Shown one piece after another: positions 24,521 to 39,301 of a stretch of 64,000 nucleotides of DNA. The stretch lies in the NCBI RefSeq assembly GCF_009914755.1, contig NC_060927.1, one strand, 5' to 3'. Source of the stretch: the human T2T-CHM13v2.0 reference genome, Homo sapiens. Positions within the stretch are counted from its first letter, which is position 1; each line of letters begins with the position of its first letter. A program made the position numbers and the translations under genes. The notes under the pieces are model-generated. The model saw nothing but the letters and a program-made list of their open reading frames with translations. It was not told the DNA's origin and did not search any database.

Positions 24521-27500
24521 ATTGTAATACTTTTGCTCTTATAAAATGTTACTGGATCTGCCTGAACCTACTCCTATTATTATGGTAGAGAGTTAAGAGG
24601 TTAACTAGTGACAAATAATCTGCTTGCTCTTAATCACCATATGAAGTCACAGTGGATGTGACAGAAGAATCAAGCACTGTAAACACTGCACCCCTTACAA
24701 GACTTTGAGTTTGAAATCTGGAATATCAATGAAATCATAGCTACATTAGTCAGCCCTATGCACAGATTTTATGCTTCATTTGTATAATAAGAACATTCAA
24801 ATTTACTTCTCACTCTCAGTGTTAACAACAGTCCAACAAAACCTTTAAATGATCCATTTGACCATAATTATTTTCTACACTTTGCTGAACTGATTTCTTG
24901 ATTGATTTATTGATTATTTTCCTCAACTATTTCCATATCATTGGACATTTTATGGAGAGCTACCTCTTTTTTAGAACATCCTCTTTTCTTATGTGTCTGA
25001 CATTGAGAATACTTAAAAATTCTTTTTATTACCTCTCCTCTGCCCATCCCTGATATCTGTGGCTTGGGGGACCTAGTCAGGCCCCTTCTCTCTGTACAAA
25101 ATCTCATTATATTCTTTGGTGTGTAGATTACTTATATATTTATAATTTCAAGAGCTCTATCTTCACTTGGGCCCTCTCTGATGAGCTCTTTGCCCACATA
25201 TTCTACAACTTACCACAGAGCTCTAACTGGTTGTTCTTGTTGCCTAGTCAACAAAGACCAGGCAATAAGAAATACACCTATAGCCAAATAAGCTACAGAT
25301 TTATTTACAAGCTACAATATTTATTTAGCTTGCTGTGGCTCAGGAAATGCACACCACAGACACCATCAGAATTAAATCTAAATTGTGTGCTGTCAAAGAC
25401 AAGTTGATAATTGTGTATCCTGGTAATTTTTACCTAGGAAACGTGATGATTAATGTGAGGCCTAAGTCACCATTAATAAAGAAGAGTGACCGCTCCTGTC
25501 AGTTGGATAAGGAGACATTTAGCTATTTTGGGGTTTATAGGGTAACGTTGACTCTATCTTCTTTTAGACATGGTCCTGGAGTGGCCTTGTCTGATTATTA
25601 TTTACTTGGCATGAACATAGTTTATACTTGGTTGGGAAATCCTGACCTAGGGCCACTTTCACATCTGATTCCATGGGAACCTCAAAAGCCCCTATCCTTG
25701 TTTCTCCAGCAATTTCATTTACAAAGTTACCTCAGTGAGCCTCCTGCACTTTTATTCCCACCTACCTAAACCAACAAGTCTTGCCTCCCATCTCCTCATT
25801 CTGACAATTGCTCATTTCAGAAACTTGACACTTCTGTCTTTAATACAAAGATCTTTTAAAAAGTGTTCCTATACCTTTCTATTATCAATAAAATACCCCT
25901 AACTTATTTGAATACTGCTAACATAATGAAACTTCTAAATATAAATTTGATCATGCCACCAGCTTGTTTAACAATGTTCACTGGTTTATCTGGCACGCAG
26001 GGGATAAACCTAATCATCGTGTATTGTCTTGAAACCTTCTTGATTTTTTCCTTGCCAATCTACTTTGGAAATACAGAGATAGTGCTGCCTAGCCCATGCC
26101 CTCAGGCAGAAATCAGTCTGCAAGCCACAGAGGTGGCAATTCTCCCCAAGTATGAGCTTGTTGCAATCACATTTATTAGGCTATGAACATCCCATGAGTG
26201 AAAGAAAGATCTGATGAAAAGTTAAATGGATGGAAAGATGGATAGTGGAATTTACATATGGATACAGACATAGAGTAAGAGGTGGGAAAAAATAAGAAAA
26301 ATTAGGTTGAGAATTGGAAGGTGAGAAAAAAAGTGAAAAAGGGTTTGAGAAAGGAAGAATGATGAAAGTATATGGGAGAATAAGAAAAATATGTGCATTT
26401 GTGTCACAGGTATATGGGTTATTTAATGATCACCATCCTATTGCCACAGATGGGCATGGGTTAAGACCCTACCAGGTTGTGTAGAAGGGCTGGTGGCAGG
26501 GAGATGTCAGTACTGACTATAGTGTCTGCTTCAGGGTGTGGAGGGGCTTTTTTGACAACCAAACTTTTTAATATCATAAAATTAATCTTCCTTAGTACTG
26601 GTACTACTTGCTATGTCATTTCCTTGCAGTAATTTACACTGAAAAATTAAAAAGAAGGAAGGTGTTCTGTACTACACTATTAAATTCAGCTACAGAGTAT
26701 GTTCTGCTGAGTGGCTGGCTAATAAAAATAGCCCCAAAATGGTTCAAAGAAAATGCTACTCTGTAGGTCAAAAGTAGTCTTTGAACAGAGCATTATTTTT
26801 TCTTACCATCTCAAAAATTTTTTATCCTTGAAAATAAAGTGAAGGCAGTGAAATAGATTGGGTCACAACTACTAAACATGTGCTAATCCTTTGAACATTT
26901 TGACATTCTATCAGAGTCTATGAAACATTTTCAAAATGCACTTGTGAGAATAAGGAACATAGTACCATCCAGGTCTCCAAATGTGTGATGTGCTACTGGC
27001 TGGAAAAATAATTGTACCCTCTTAATAATCCAAATTAACATGAGATTTAATAATTTCACCTTTTAAATAATCTAAATTAACATTGTGAGCTGAGAAAACT
27101 GCTAATTGTTAAAATTCATACAGTATCATTTTCTCTCACTGAAACGTGTACTTCTTGGGAAAATACCAGAATCTTTATTATCTAGTGCAGTAAAACAAAC
27201 AAATCAAATTGATGAATAAATGCTGCCACGTCTTCAATAGTTTATTGTGGAAAAGATCAATTCCATTTTATCACATATTGTCTGGACACTTTCTTTATGC
27301 AAGATGCAAAGTCAAGTTCTGAGGGAGGTAAAGAGCTCTTCTTAGGAATTTATTAACTATCAGAGGGATAGGCACATTTATAAATAGCCATGGTTGAGTA
27401 ATCTAAAGGATGCAAGAGACACACGAACTAGGGAGCTTCAGAAAGAGGAGACTGTTTCTTTGGTGACCAGGGATCAGGAGAGGCTGTATAGAAGTGGTGG

Positions 27501-27946
27501 GACTGAGACAAGCCCTGAAAGGCAGAGACGATCTCCATTCTCCCTTTCAATGGTTCATATAGCATCTAGGATGAGCTTTCTAAAATGTATACCTGGTATC
27601 ATGATTATTTTCCTGCTTAAAACTCTTCAATGGGTTCACATAATTTCCTTTATGATAAAATTAAAGCTCCCTGGCATGAATAATGAGATCTTTTTTTTAT
27701 ATGGCCTTTTTAATGCCTTTTCAGCCTCAATGCTTGCCGTTTATCTCCAAATTATCTTTATGCACCAAAAAAGGAACTGTCTAGTAGCCATGTGTGGATA
27801 CTAACATGCGATGATAATATAAAAGAATGAAGAAAGGTCATATTAAATGGGGACAGGCCTTTCATTAGAGGTCCTGATATTATGGCTTAAGGTAATAGGC
27901 AGAGAAAATGATGACAGGACCTAGAGGAATGGAACAAGATCTAGAG

Positions 27947-28072
27947 CAGTGGTTCTCAACCTTTATTATGTATCAAAATCATCTGATTTTTGACTGTGAG
28001 TTTTTGACTCAGAATTTAAATTTTCCATAAGTTCCCAGGTGGTGCTAACGCACTACAATTTGAGAACCACTG
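27947..28072. mobile_element. MER5-family hAT-Charlie MITE
   Basis: 13-bp TIRs cagtggttctcaa / ttgagaaccactg; 8-bp TSD atctagag / atctagaa. Confidence 0.88.
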
Positions 28073-28975
28073 ATCTAGAATAATATGCAGAGAAACACTG
28101 GAGGAAGATTTTCCTAGAAGGTGTGCTATATAGGTGTAGGACATTTTGGAAGAAGGCTAGAAAGTGTGCAAAACCACCACTGTGGATCATTGCCAGGAAT
28201 CCGTTGCTTTGATTACATCTCTTATTTTGAATGATGGTAGGAAATTACTCTGACATCTAAAACTAAACTCCTTGAAGGAAAGCTCATGAAGAAAGATCAA
28301 ACTAACATTACCTAACTCATAGTATGGCTGTTAACTTGAAATGAATCAATGCATAGGAATCATCTAGCACATAAGCAGACAAATGTGGCTCTGCAAAAGC
28401 AAAGGTCTTCTCAATACTATGAGCTATATCTCAACATTTTCATATCCTAGGTTCTTAGAATTACCATTACACATGGTAAACACTCATACTTGCAGAATGT
28501 GTAAAGTAATCTCAATCATGTACTTAGAACAATCTTGGTCCAATTTAGCATCTTTTGTCCTTCTACCAGCCATCTTCAACTCAAATTCTGTCTTCTACCA
28601 ACCCTTCTCTACAATGCCCATTAAAACTAAATTTTTCTTTATCTACCTGCCATCACCTTGTCCTAGAGCATAAAGGCTGTATACAATTGTTGTACACAAT
28701 CCCACTGTAACCACCAATCCCCTACCCTCTCTCTTTCTGACTCTGTATATTGCACTTAGTTCTCAAGGCACTAAAGCTGAAAAGCATATTTAGTGGTTCT
28801 CATCCCACATTTCATGGATCATCAGTTCAAGGGAGAAGATAGTAAGTAGCCTTGGTGGGATATGAGATTTATTGTCAAAAAATGCAGCGATCCAAAATTA
28901 GAGTATGAATATTCAAAGTACTTAGTATATGCTTGACTAAATACTTGTTTTAGCCTAAGTTCTTTGAGGATGTAG

Positions 28976-29433
<458 letters not shown>

Positions 29434-30559
29434 CAATTTTTTTTATCTCCAAGGGACATAAGAGCATTCACCCACTAATTTCCACTACCTATTGGTTAAG
29501 GCTTTCCAGTAGAACTTCTAGGTTGTGTATATACAAGCACCTAGAAAGTTGCAGCAAGGATTCCTTTACTCTATATGTCAGGGATCACTTAGCAAGAAAG
29601 TCAGTGATATACGTAGAGCTAAGCCAATGTGCTCCATTAAACAACTGTGTAATGTTGGATGTTGTAGTAATGGTTACAGTAAATGTTAGAAATTATATAA
29701 ATTAGGGGAAGAGGTGTCCCTTCCAGTCCTTTACATAGGTGTCTCATTTGGCTTTTCAACAATCCTATGAGATTGGCTTCATTATTACAATTTAACAAAA
29801 AGTATCCTAGAGGATACATATGGCCACCCGGAGTTTTATATAGCTAGGATTGTAATGCATATATCTAAGTGCAAAGTCTATGCTTTTTCACTGTCCCTAT
29901 ACAAACCTTCCCATACTTCAATAATCTTCAGCCCTGTAGTAGTGACATGCTCTTCATTGTTGACACTTCTTGCCATCAGCCCTCGTTTTTATTTGTGACA
30001 GTTTGGCCCATGAGGAGTATTCTGGAATATTTAGAGTTGCTCAGATTCTAGACACCAGCTCATCTCTGCCAAGCGTATTCCTTCTGGATGTCTCATCATG
30101 AGTCTATCACAGTGTTATGAGTCTGCCCTAGCCCTGTCCACCTGGGTACCTAGAAATGTCTTTTTTCTTCCAGTGATCCCATGTATGCTACATTTATGAA
30201 AATTGAAATTTAAAATTATCCAGTGGTAAAATTTATACTAATAAGATAATTTTATTTCTATTTTATAAGGGAATCATTATTTTAGTTTGCATTTTAGAGC
30301 TAGAAAATATAAGCAAATTACTGTTTATTCACATGTTATGCAAACTTAGTAAGTGATAAACAACAGAATAAATACAATCATCCAAAGACATTTCTCAGAA
30401 AAGTGAGGTTTTTGACTCAATCTTTCCAGAATCCAAAAATTGTATTGAGACTTCTGAGGCACAGATTAAACAGAAAAATGCAGAATTAAATTTTCTGTCA
30501 TAGAAGAAGGCAAAGAGAGCCAGGAGAGGAATTTATCACATTTCCTTAGAAGTTACCAG

Positions 30560-33500
30560 TTAGACTACCACAAAAACACACTCAAGCACATAGCCTAGAG
30601 ACAATATAAAGCAATTACACCATCAAGTCTACAAAACAAGCAGCTAACCACCTTCTGGCATGATCAAAATCTCACATGTCAATATTAACCTTGAATGCAA
30701 ATAGTCTAAATACCCCACTTAAAAGACATAGAGTGGCAACCTGGATAAAAAGACAAGACCCAACTCTCTACTGTTTTCAGGAGACCCATTTCACATATAA
30801 TGACACCTATACGCTCAAAGTAAAGTGATGGAGAAAGATCCACCATGCAAACAGAAAACAACAAAAAAGAGCAAGAATAGCTATTCTTATATCACATAAA
30901 ACAGATTGTAAACCAACAACAATCAGGAAGGACAAAGAAGGGCATTACCTAATGATAAAGGATTCCATTCAACAAGAAGACTTAACTATATTAAATATAT
31001 ATGCACCCAACATTGAGACACCCAGATTTATAAAACAAGTTATTTTTGACCTACTAAAAGACTAGGGCAGCTACACAGTAATAGTGGGGGACTTCAACAC
31101 TCCACTGACAGCGTTAGACAGATCATCAAGGCAGAAAACTAATGAAGAAGTTCTGGACTTAAACTCAACACTTGATCAAACTGACCTAATAGACATCTAC
31201 AGAATACTCCACCTGACAACCACAGAAGATACATTCTTCTTATCCACACATGGAGCATATTCTAAGGTTGATCACATTCTCAGTCATAAAGTTAGTTTCA
31301 ATAAATTTAAAAAAATTAAAATCATACCAAGCACACTCTTGAACAATAATGTGATAAAAACAGAAATCACTACCAACAAGATCTCTCAAAACCACATAAA
31401 AACATATAAATTAAACAACTTGCTTCTAAATAACTCTTGAGTGAACAATGAAATTGTTTCTTGAAAAATTCATTGAAATTATTGAAAACAGAGATAAAAC
31501 CAAAATCCTTAGGATGCTGCTAAAGCAGTATTAAGAGGAAAGTTTATACTAAACTTTCCCTCCAGCATAAACTAATGTTTAGTATATACTAAACTTTCCT
31601 TTAGTATAAACTGAAGTTTATACTAAATGTCTTCATCAAGAAGTTAGAAAGATCTTGAATTAGCTGTCTGAAAGTGCACCTAGAGCAACTAGAGAAAAAG
31701 GAACAAAGCAACACCCAAGCTAGCACAAGAAAAGAAATAACCAAAATCAGAAAAGAACTGAACAAATGAAATTTGAAAGTCCAAACAAAAGATGAATGAA
31801 ATCAAGAATTGGTTATTTGAAAGAATAAACAAGATTCATAGACCACTACTAGCTAGATTAAGAAAGGAAAAAAAAATAGAAGATCCAAAAAACACAAGCA
31901 AAAATGACAAAGATGACCTTACAGCCAATTCTACAGAAACAAAAAGGCCTTCAGAGACTAATATGAACACCACTATGCACACAAATTAGAAAATCTAGAG
32001 GAAATAGATAAATTCCTGGAAACACACAACCTCCTAAGACTGAACCATGAGGACAGTGAAAACCTGAATAGGCCAATTATAAGCTCCAAAATTGAATCAG
32101 TAATACCAAACCTACCAATCAACAAAAATCCCTGAACCAGTTAGATTCACAGCTGAATCCTACTAGATGTACAAAGAAGAACTGGTACCAACCTTGCTGA
32201 AACTGTTCCAGAAAATTAAGGTGGGGCTCTTCCCCAACTCATTTTCTGAAGCCAGCATCATCCTGATGCCAAAATCTGGGAAAAAACGCAACAAGAACAA
32301 AATTTCAGGTCAATATCTCTGGTGAACATAGATGCAAAAATCTTCAACAGAATACTAGCAAATCAAATCTAGCAGCACATAAACAGAATTAAAACAAACA
32401 TCGTATGATCATCTCAATAGATGCAGAAAAATCTCTAGATAAATTCCAACATACCTTCATCAAAAAAACTCTTAACAAACTAGGCATTAAAGGAACATTC
32501 CTTGAAGAGCCATCTGTGAAAAACCCACAGCCAACATCTGGGTAAAATCTGGAAGCATTACCCTTGAGGATGGAAACAAGACAAGGATGCCCACTCTCAG
32601 CACTCCTATTCATAATAGTATGGGAAATCCTAGCCAGAGCAATCAGACAAGAGAAAGAAACAAAGTGCATCCAAATAGGAAAAGAAAAAGTCAAATTATA
32701 TTTCTTTGCTGGTGATATGATTCTATACATAGAAAATCTTAAAGTGGCCTGCACAAGGCCACTAGAACTGATAAATAACTTTAGCAAGGTTTCAGGATAC
32801 AAAATCAGTAGTATTCTATGCTCCAATAACTTCTAGGCTGAGGATCAAATCAAGAGCACAATTCCATTTGCAATAGCCACAAAGTAAATGAAGCACTGAG
32901 GAATATAGCTAACTGAGGACATGAAAGATCTCTACAAGGAGAACTACAAAACACTGCTGAAAAAGATCAGATACTACATAAATAAATGGAAAAAATATTC
33001 CATGCTTATGGATTGGAATAATGAATATCATTGAAATGGTCATACTTCCCAAAGCAATTAACAGACTCAACACTATTCCTATTAAACTGCCAATTTTTTT
33101 CTTCACAGAATTAGGAAAAAAACCTATTCTAACATTAATATGTAAACAAAAAAGAGCCCAAATAGACAAGCAATCCTAAGCAAAAAGAACAAAGCTTGAG
33201 GCATCATACTACCCAACTTCAAACTATACTATAAGCCTACAGTAAGCAAAATAGCATGGTATTGGTTCAAAACAGACACATAGGCTAAAGGATCAGAATA
33301 AAACACTCAGAAATAAAACTGTATACCTACAACTATCTGATCTTTGACAGACCAACAAAAACAAGCAATGGGGAAAGGACTCCCCATTCAATAAATGGTG
33401 CTGGAACAACTGGCTAGCCATATGTAGAATAATGAAATGGGACCCTTACATTTCACCATTTACAAAAATCAACTTAAATTGGATTAAATATTTAAATGTA

Positions 33501-34590
33501 AGCCTCAAACTATAAAAATCCTAGGAGAAAATCTAGAAAATACCCTTCTTGACATTGGCAAGGTTTTTCTTTTCTTTTCTTTTTTTTTTTTTTACTAAGT
33601 ACCCAAAAGCAATTACAACAAAAACAAAAACTGAGAAGTGGGATCTAGTTAAACTAAAGAGCTTCTGCACAACAAAAGAAACTATCAACAAAGTAAACAG
33701 ACAACTATAGAATGGGAGAAAATATTTGCAAACTATGTATCTGACAAATGTCTAATATCAAGAATCTACAAGGAACTTAAAGAAATCAAGAAGCAAAAAA
33801 CAAATAGCTCCATTAAAAATGGGCAAAGAACATGAACAGATACTTTTCAAAAAAAGACATACAAGCGTCTGACAGACATGGAAAAATGCTCATCATTGCA
33901 AATTATCAGAGAAATGCAAATTATAACCACATGAGATACTATCTCACACAAGTCAGAATGGCTATATTATAAAAAGTCAAACAAACAAACAAACAAAAAA
34001 AGCAGATGCTGATGATACAGGGGAGAAAATGGAGCACATACACTATTGGTGGGAATTAGTCATTGTGGAAAGTAGTTTGGAGATTTCTCAAAGAATTTAA
34101 AACAGAGCTCTCATTTGACACAGCAATCCCATTATTGGTTATATACCCAAAGGACAATGGATCATTATACCAAAAAGAGACATACACTTGTATATTCATC
34201 GCCATGCTATTCCCAATAGCAAAGACATGAAATTAATCTAGGTGACCATCAATGGTGAACTGGATAAAGAAAACATGGTACATATACACCATGGAATACT
34301 ACACAGCCATAAAAAATATTGTATCCTAAGTGAATTAATGCAGGAATAGAAAAAGAAAGCCACATATTCTCATTTATAAGTGGAAGCTAAACATTGAGAA
34401 CACATGGGCATAAACATGGGAACAATTGCCACTGTGGACTACTAGAGGGGGAAAGTAAAGAGGGAAGTGTATGTTGAAAAACTACTTATTGGGTACTATG
34501 CTCATTATTGGGTACAATATATCCATATAACAAATGTGCACACAGACCCCCTGAATCTAAAATGAAAGATGAAATTTACAAAAAAATAAA
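30560..34590 (+). mobile_element. 5'-truncated L1 (L1PA17/L1PB-like): inter-ORF + degenerate ORF2 + 3'UTR
   Basis: ORF fragments [14 protein letters not shown].. and [15 protein letters not shown]; 3'UTR ggactactagaggg...aaaaactacttattgggtactatgctc...ctgaatctaaaat; no clear TSD. Confidence 0.88.
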
Positions 34591-35358
34591 AATAGAAAAG
34601 GAGATTCACCAGAAGGAAGACAGACCCTGGATTTGTGTCCCAAGTTCAACACTAGGCTTAAAATTTTGCAATTCTGGAATATAAAACCAAGGCTGGAAAT
34701 TCCTAAAACTTAGCTACCCCTGGATGACTTCAGGAATAGTGATAAAGCAAGTGATAATGAAATAGTTTACCTCACACACTTCTCTCACTCCATGTACCAG
34801 TCTGGGTCTTCTGAGTTTCTGAGTGTCAAAAACAAAAATGGCTTCCACTTGATTTCTATCCTCTAAGTCTTACCTGAAAATATTTTCACATTTCATATTT
34901 CATCATATTTTACCACAAAGCAATGTCAAAGAATGAGTGAAAATTTTGAATGCAAGAGATAACAAGGACTTGATTCTTGTCTTTCACAATAAACACACAA
35001 GTTGCAAGCAAACACACAAATACAAACAATTTTATCTCAAATTTTCATTTGTGGAAGGGTCAGAATTGCTAACTGACTTTAACTACAAAGATTGTCTCCA
35101 GCTGCCTCCTCCCAAACCATGGTTTGCTATAAGATGCCTAGAATAGGGAATTATTTACCAAGAGACAGTACACCAGTATGCAATCAGAGATTGCTTAAAC
35201 TGGATGACATTGGGGACATTCTGAAGTTTAATTGCAAACAACATAGAAAGAACTTCTTTTAAAAACCTGAGAAATTACCTTTTATTATCAACTATGACCT
35301 TGAGTCAATATTCTTCATATACTAAGTGTAATTGCAAATTAATTAAAGAGGGAGATAG

Positions 35359-35661
35359 GGCTGGACATGGTGGGTCACACCTCTAATCCTAATGCTTTGG
35401 GAGGCTAAGGAGGGAGGATTACTTGAGGCTAGGAGTTTGACCCCAGCCTGGGCAACATAGTGAGATCTCATCTCTACAAAATAAAATTTAAAAATTAACT
35501 GGGCATAGTGGTGCATGCCTGTAATCCCAGCTACTCATGAGGGTTTGGCAGAAGAATTGCTTGAAACCAGGAATTTGAGGTTACAGTGAACCATGATTGT
35601 GTCACTGTACTCTAGCCTGGGTGACAGGGTGAGACTCTGTCTCAAAAAAAAAAAAAAAAAA
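35359..35661 (+). mobile_element. AluJ
   Basis: J diagnostics (ggattacttgaggctaggagtttga, gggcaacatagtgag); poly(A); aaagagggag on both flanks. Confidence 0.92.
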
Positions 35662-36345
35662 AAAGAGGGAGGGGATGGAGATAAATATAAAAATGAAAAA
35701 AAAATGTTTGAAGACAAGAAGAGAAAAATCACAAGAGAAAAACTGTAAATGGTCAATAACAAAATTATAATTCCTACGTTTAATCAAATAAATGCAGATC
35801 ATAGTGCTCTTATCCTGTCACACTAGAAAAGACTTTATAAATCTTAATTTTAACAGAGGTTAAAAATCATGACCTCTATTGATGAAAGAAAATTTACATA
35901 TTTATATAGAGCCAGTGGGAATGTAAATCTGCACAGTATTTCTAGATAGTAATTTGAGGAAATACATCAAGTGTCTTTTTTATTCATTTACTTCATATTA
36001 CTAGGAAGGCATTGAAAGTATATCTTTGTGGATTAGTGCTTACTGTGAGGAAGATGACATTCATCTGTTTTTGTTTCAATGAAGCATCCAGAAAATGGCC
36101 TCAAATAGATAACTAGGTGTTAGCAGACAAGAAGGGAATCAAACAAGTTGAAATCACACATCTATGAAAGGGAGAGTACGAGTGAGTACAGAGTAGCAGG
36201 GAAAGACGGAAATTGATCGTTGAATGACTGCTAGAATGTGCAATGTAAAAACTCACCTGTGGTTTTATGCGTGGGATAGCATTCAATTTGACTTTGTTTT
36301 GTTTGTGGTAAAATATGATATATATGTAAATAAAAAATAAATTAA

Positions 36346-36694
<349 letters not shown>

Positions 36695-37629
36695 AGATTC
36701 TTCCTGACTGTTAACTACCAAAGAAGAGTGATCAATTCCCTTCCTGGTTCTTTTTGCCCTTTCCCATGATAGAAAAATTTAACTCTCTGTTTTTCTGTGT
36801 AATCTGTGCCTCACAGGTCTCAACAAAATATTTTGGTTCCTGTCCTGTGTTTGGAATTTAACTCTTTAGTTGTGAATAGCTCTTTTTCTTCATGGAGATA
36901 ATCGAGGCTGTAAGTCACAGAATTGGATTTTTTTCTATGATTTCAGGTGGCCATTCTCCTAATGTTCATTCTTCAAAAATGAAAGCCTCTTCTGTGGCCT
37001 AGATTTTGGATCCTGAAGTCCTGGACAGATGTTTCTTCTCCTCATACAACTGTCACACTGAAGACTACTGTGAAGGAGGACCTCAGCTTCTAAGGCTTGC
37101 TCGCAAAACCACTCCTCCATTTTAAAGTATTGTTCTGGAGCTGAATTAGATCAAATATTTTCCGGCTCTTCTCTCTTAGTACCTCTATTGTGAATGTATT
37201 CAATTTGTCCTCAGTATTCATCACTATTTTCTATATTTAGCCAATCATGGCTTTGGTGATTTCTCCTTTAGGCTTTCATTTATTTTTTTCTTATATTCTA
37301 CCCTATGTGTCCTCTCTTTCTCTCTATCTCTCTCATTCTTATCTCATTATTATGTTTTTTTCTTTTAAAAACACAGGGTTATTTTTTACTATACAAAATA
37401 GTTTGAAATATGCACTCCAGGGCATTTAAAATAACTTTCACTCAGAATATTGAATTGTATGGATATATCATAACAAATACAATTTTGCTAAAAGTAAAAT
37501 TAGTGCATCAATGGATTTTTAATATACAACACAAAATTTCTCACTGAGCTTTAACTTTTACTAACCATATATAGAGCTGGTGGCCCATTTTCCCACACTC
37601 TTATCAACACCTTTAAAAAGTCTTGTCAA

Positions 37630-38131
37630 TAAAATGAGGTTCAGTTGCACACAGCAAAAATGCCCAAATTTATTGGTTAAAACACTGTAAAACTGTATTT
37701 CTCTCTAAAGTATCAGAAATTTGGAACTATACAATCCACTACATGTTAAGGGTCTCTGATTTCTGTCATCATCTTCACAATTCTAGAGCATGACTCTAAT
37801 ACTTCAAGGTAAACCATGGTACAAACATCTGCTAGAGCTCCCGCCATCATTTCTGCATCACAAAGTGGAAGGAGGAAAAACGAGGGGACAGAAAAGAGGC
37901 CCTTTCAAGTGACTTAACTTTCTTTTAGGACTGCTCCCAGAAATTTCATACTAAGCCTCCAGTTACATTTTATTGACCAGAATACCACATGACTATACTC
38001 AGATACGAGTGAGATTATGAAATACGGATTTTTTCTTGATGGCAATATTGTCAAGTAAAAAGCAAAATTTTATTGGTAGAGAGGACGAAGAGAACAGATA
38101 TTGGGGTAGACAACTAACAGACTTCACTACA
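37630..38131 (-). mobile_element. Old MLT1-type MaLR solo LTR
   Basis: gctcccgccatcatttctgcat...acattttattgaccagaataccacatgact...gatattggggtagacaactaacagacttcactaca resembles reverse MLT1J/K/L. Confidence 0.55.
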
Positions 38132-38399
38132 AGAGAAAAATATAATGTTATCACAGTGTATTAGTTACTAGGCTTTTGATTATCAGTGATAGAAGTTTAT
38201 TTTTGTATTTGGTGGACTTTTGAAGTTATTCTGCATATTGCTCATGCATATTTTTGGCCATTTATTCTGTTGGGAAGGAATATGAGATATTCTCGTGAAA
38301 AGACCTTGACAACAAAAGATACTTAAACTGGATATGAACGGTGAAAGCATGAAAACAAAATTGATTGTGAGTATTGAATTCATTTAAATATAGAACAAA

Positions 38400-39301
38400 G
38401 ACTAAATTTCTGTCAGGAATATAGTTCCAGGAAGTAAATATTAGGAACTCTGACAATATAAAAGTGAAAATGACAAAAACAAAACCTGGAGGTGGATGAT
38501 AAAGGAAGTTGTAAGGAAAGATTTGCATATTTTCTTACAGCTTCTCAAAAAGTCAGCCAATTTCTTCTGCTGAATTTAGATAAGTCTACAATAGGAAAAA
38601 CAAAATTATAGAGTAAATCAATGGAAGAAGCAATAATACAAATATATTAATAAACATAATGATCTAAAAGGAGTAGGGAAGGTGATAGATGTTATTTTTT
38701 CTCCTGCCATAACAGGAACTTTATAGATATGTTGTTCAAAGATGACACAGAGAGTTAAATACACTACAAAAAGTAAACTTATGCACTTAAAAACAATAGA
38801 GACAGTAGATCTTCTAAAATATAAGAAGGAAATTATACACAAACATACCTCATATAGCCTAAAATAATACATACACACATAGCAAAAGACAGAAAACATT
38901 AAAAACAAAAGCTAAATAAGAAGACACTGGAGAGGCCAATTCTGTTAATTTAGAAAAATGATATAAATTTTAATCTATTGAAAAGATTAAAGGCTCAGAT
39001 TTCACAAAAAATTCCAGTATGCATCATATACAAGAAACATATTTAAAATAATGTGAACCAAAAATTTTAAATGTAAAATGACAGACAAGTATCTGCAATA
39101 TCTTAGCAGCAAAAATAAGTGAAAGATAAAGAGACATTAATATAAACCTAAGTATAAGGGGGAGACTTTATGATGCATCCCTGTTAGATGATACTTTCAA
39201 AATTATTTTAACTGACACTCAAAACGTTATAAAGAGTGCAACAATATGGAAAAGTATGAACCAACTTTGCTTGTGAATATTAAGGTGAAACTTTAAAAAT
39301 C
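38400..39301 (+). mobile_element. Very old L1M host fragment (continues at 51299-51380, 51865-52886, 55170-55450)
   Basis: Diverged ORF2: gaaaagtatgaaccaactttgcttgtgaatatt... joins across the TSD to ...aaaatataccatgatctaagtgg, collinear with L1 RT region. Confidence 0.55.

Noticed and set aside
25245-25665. Possible old LTR fragment (also 28950-29640) and possible hAT relics at 56310-56560 and 57395-57540
   Set aside because: Resemblance too weak to assign a family or boundaries without a search.
30500-34620. TSD for the L1 at 30560-34590
   Set aside because: Only a weak resemblance between flanks; not supportable.
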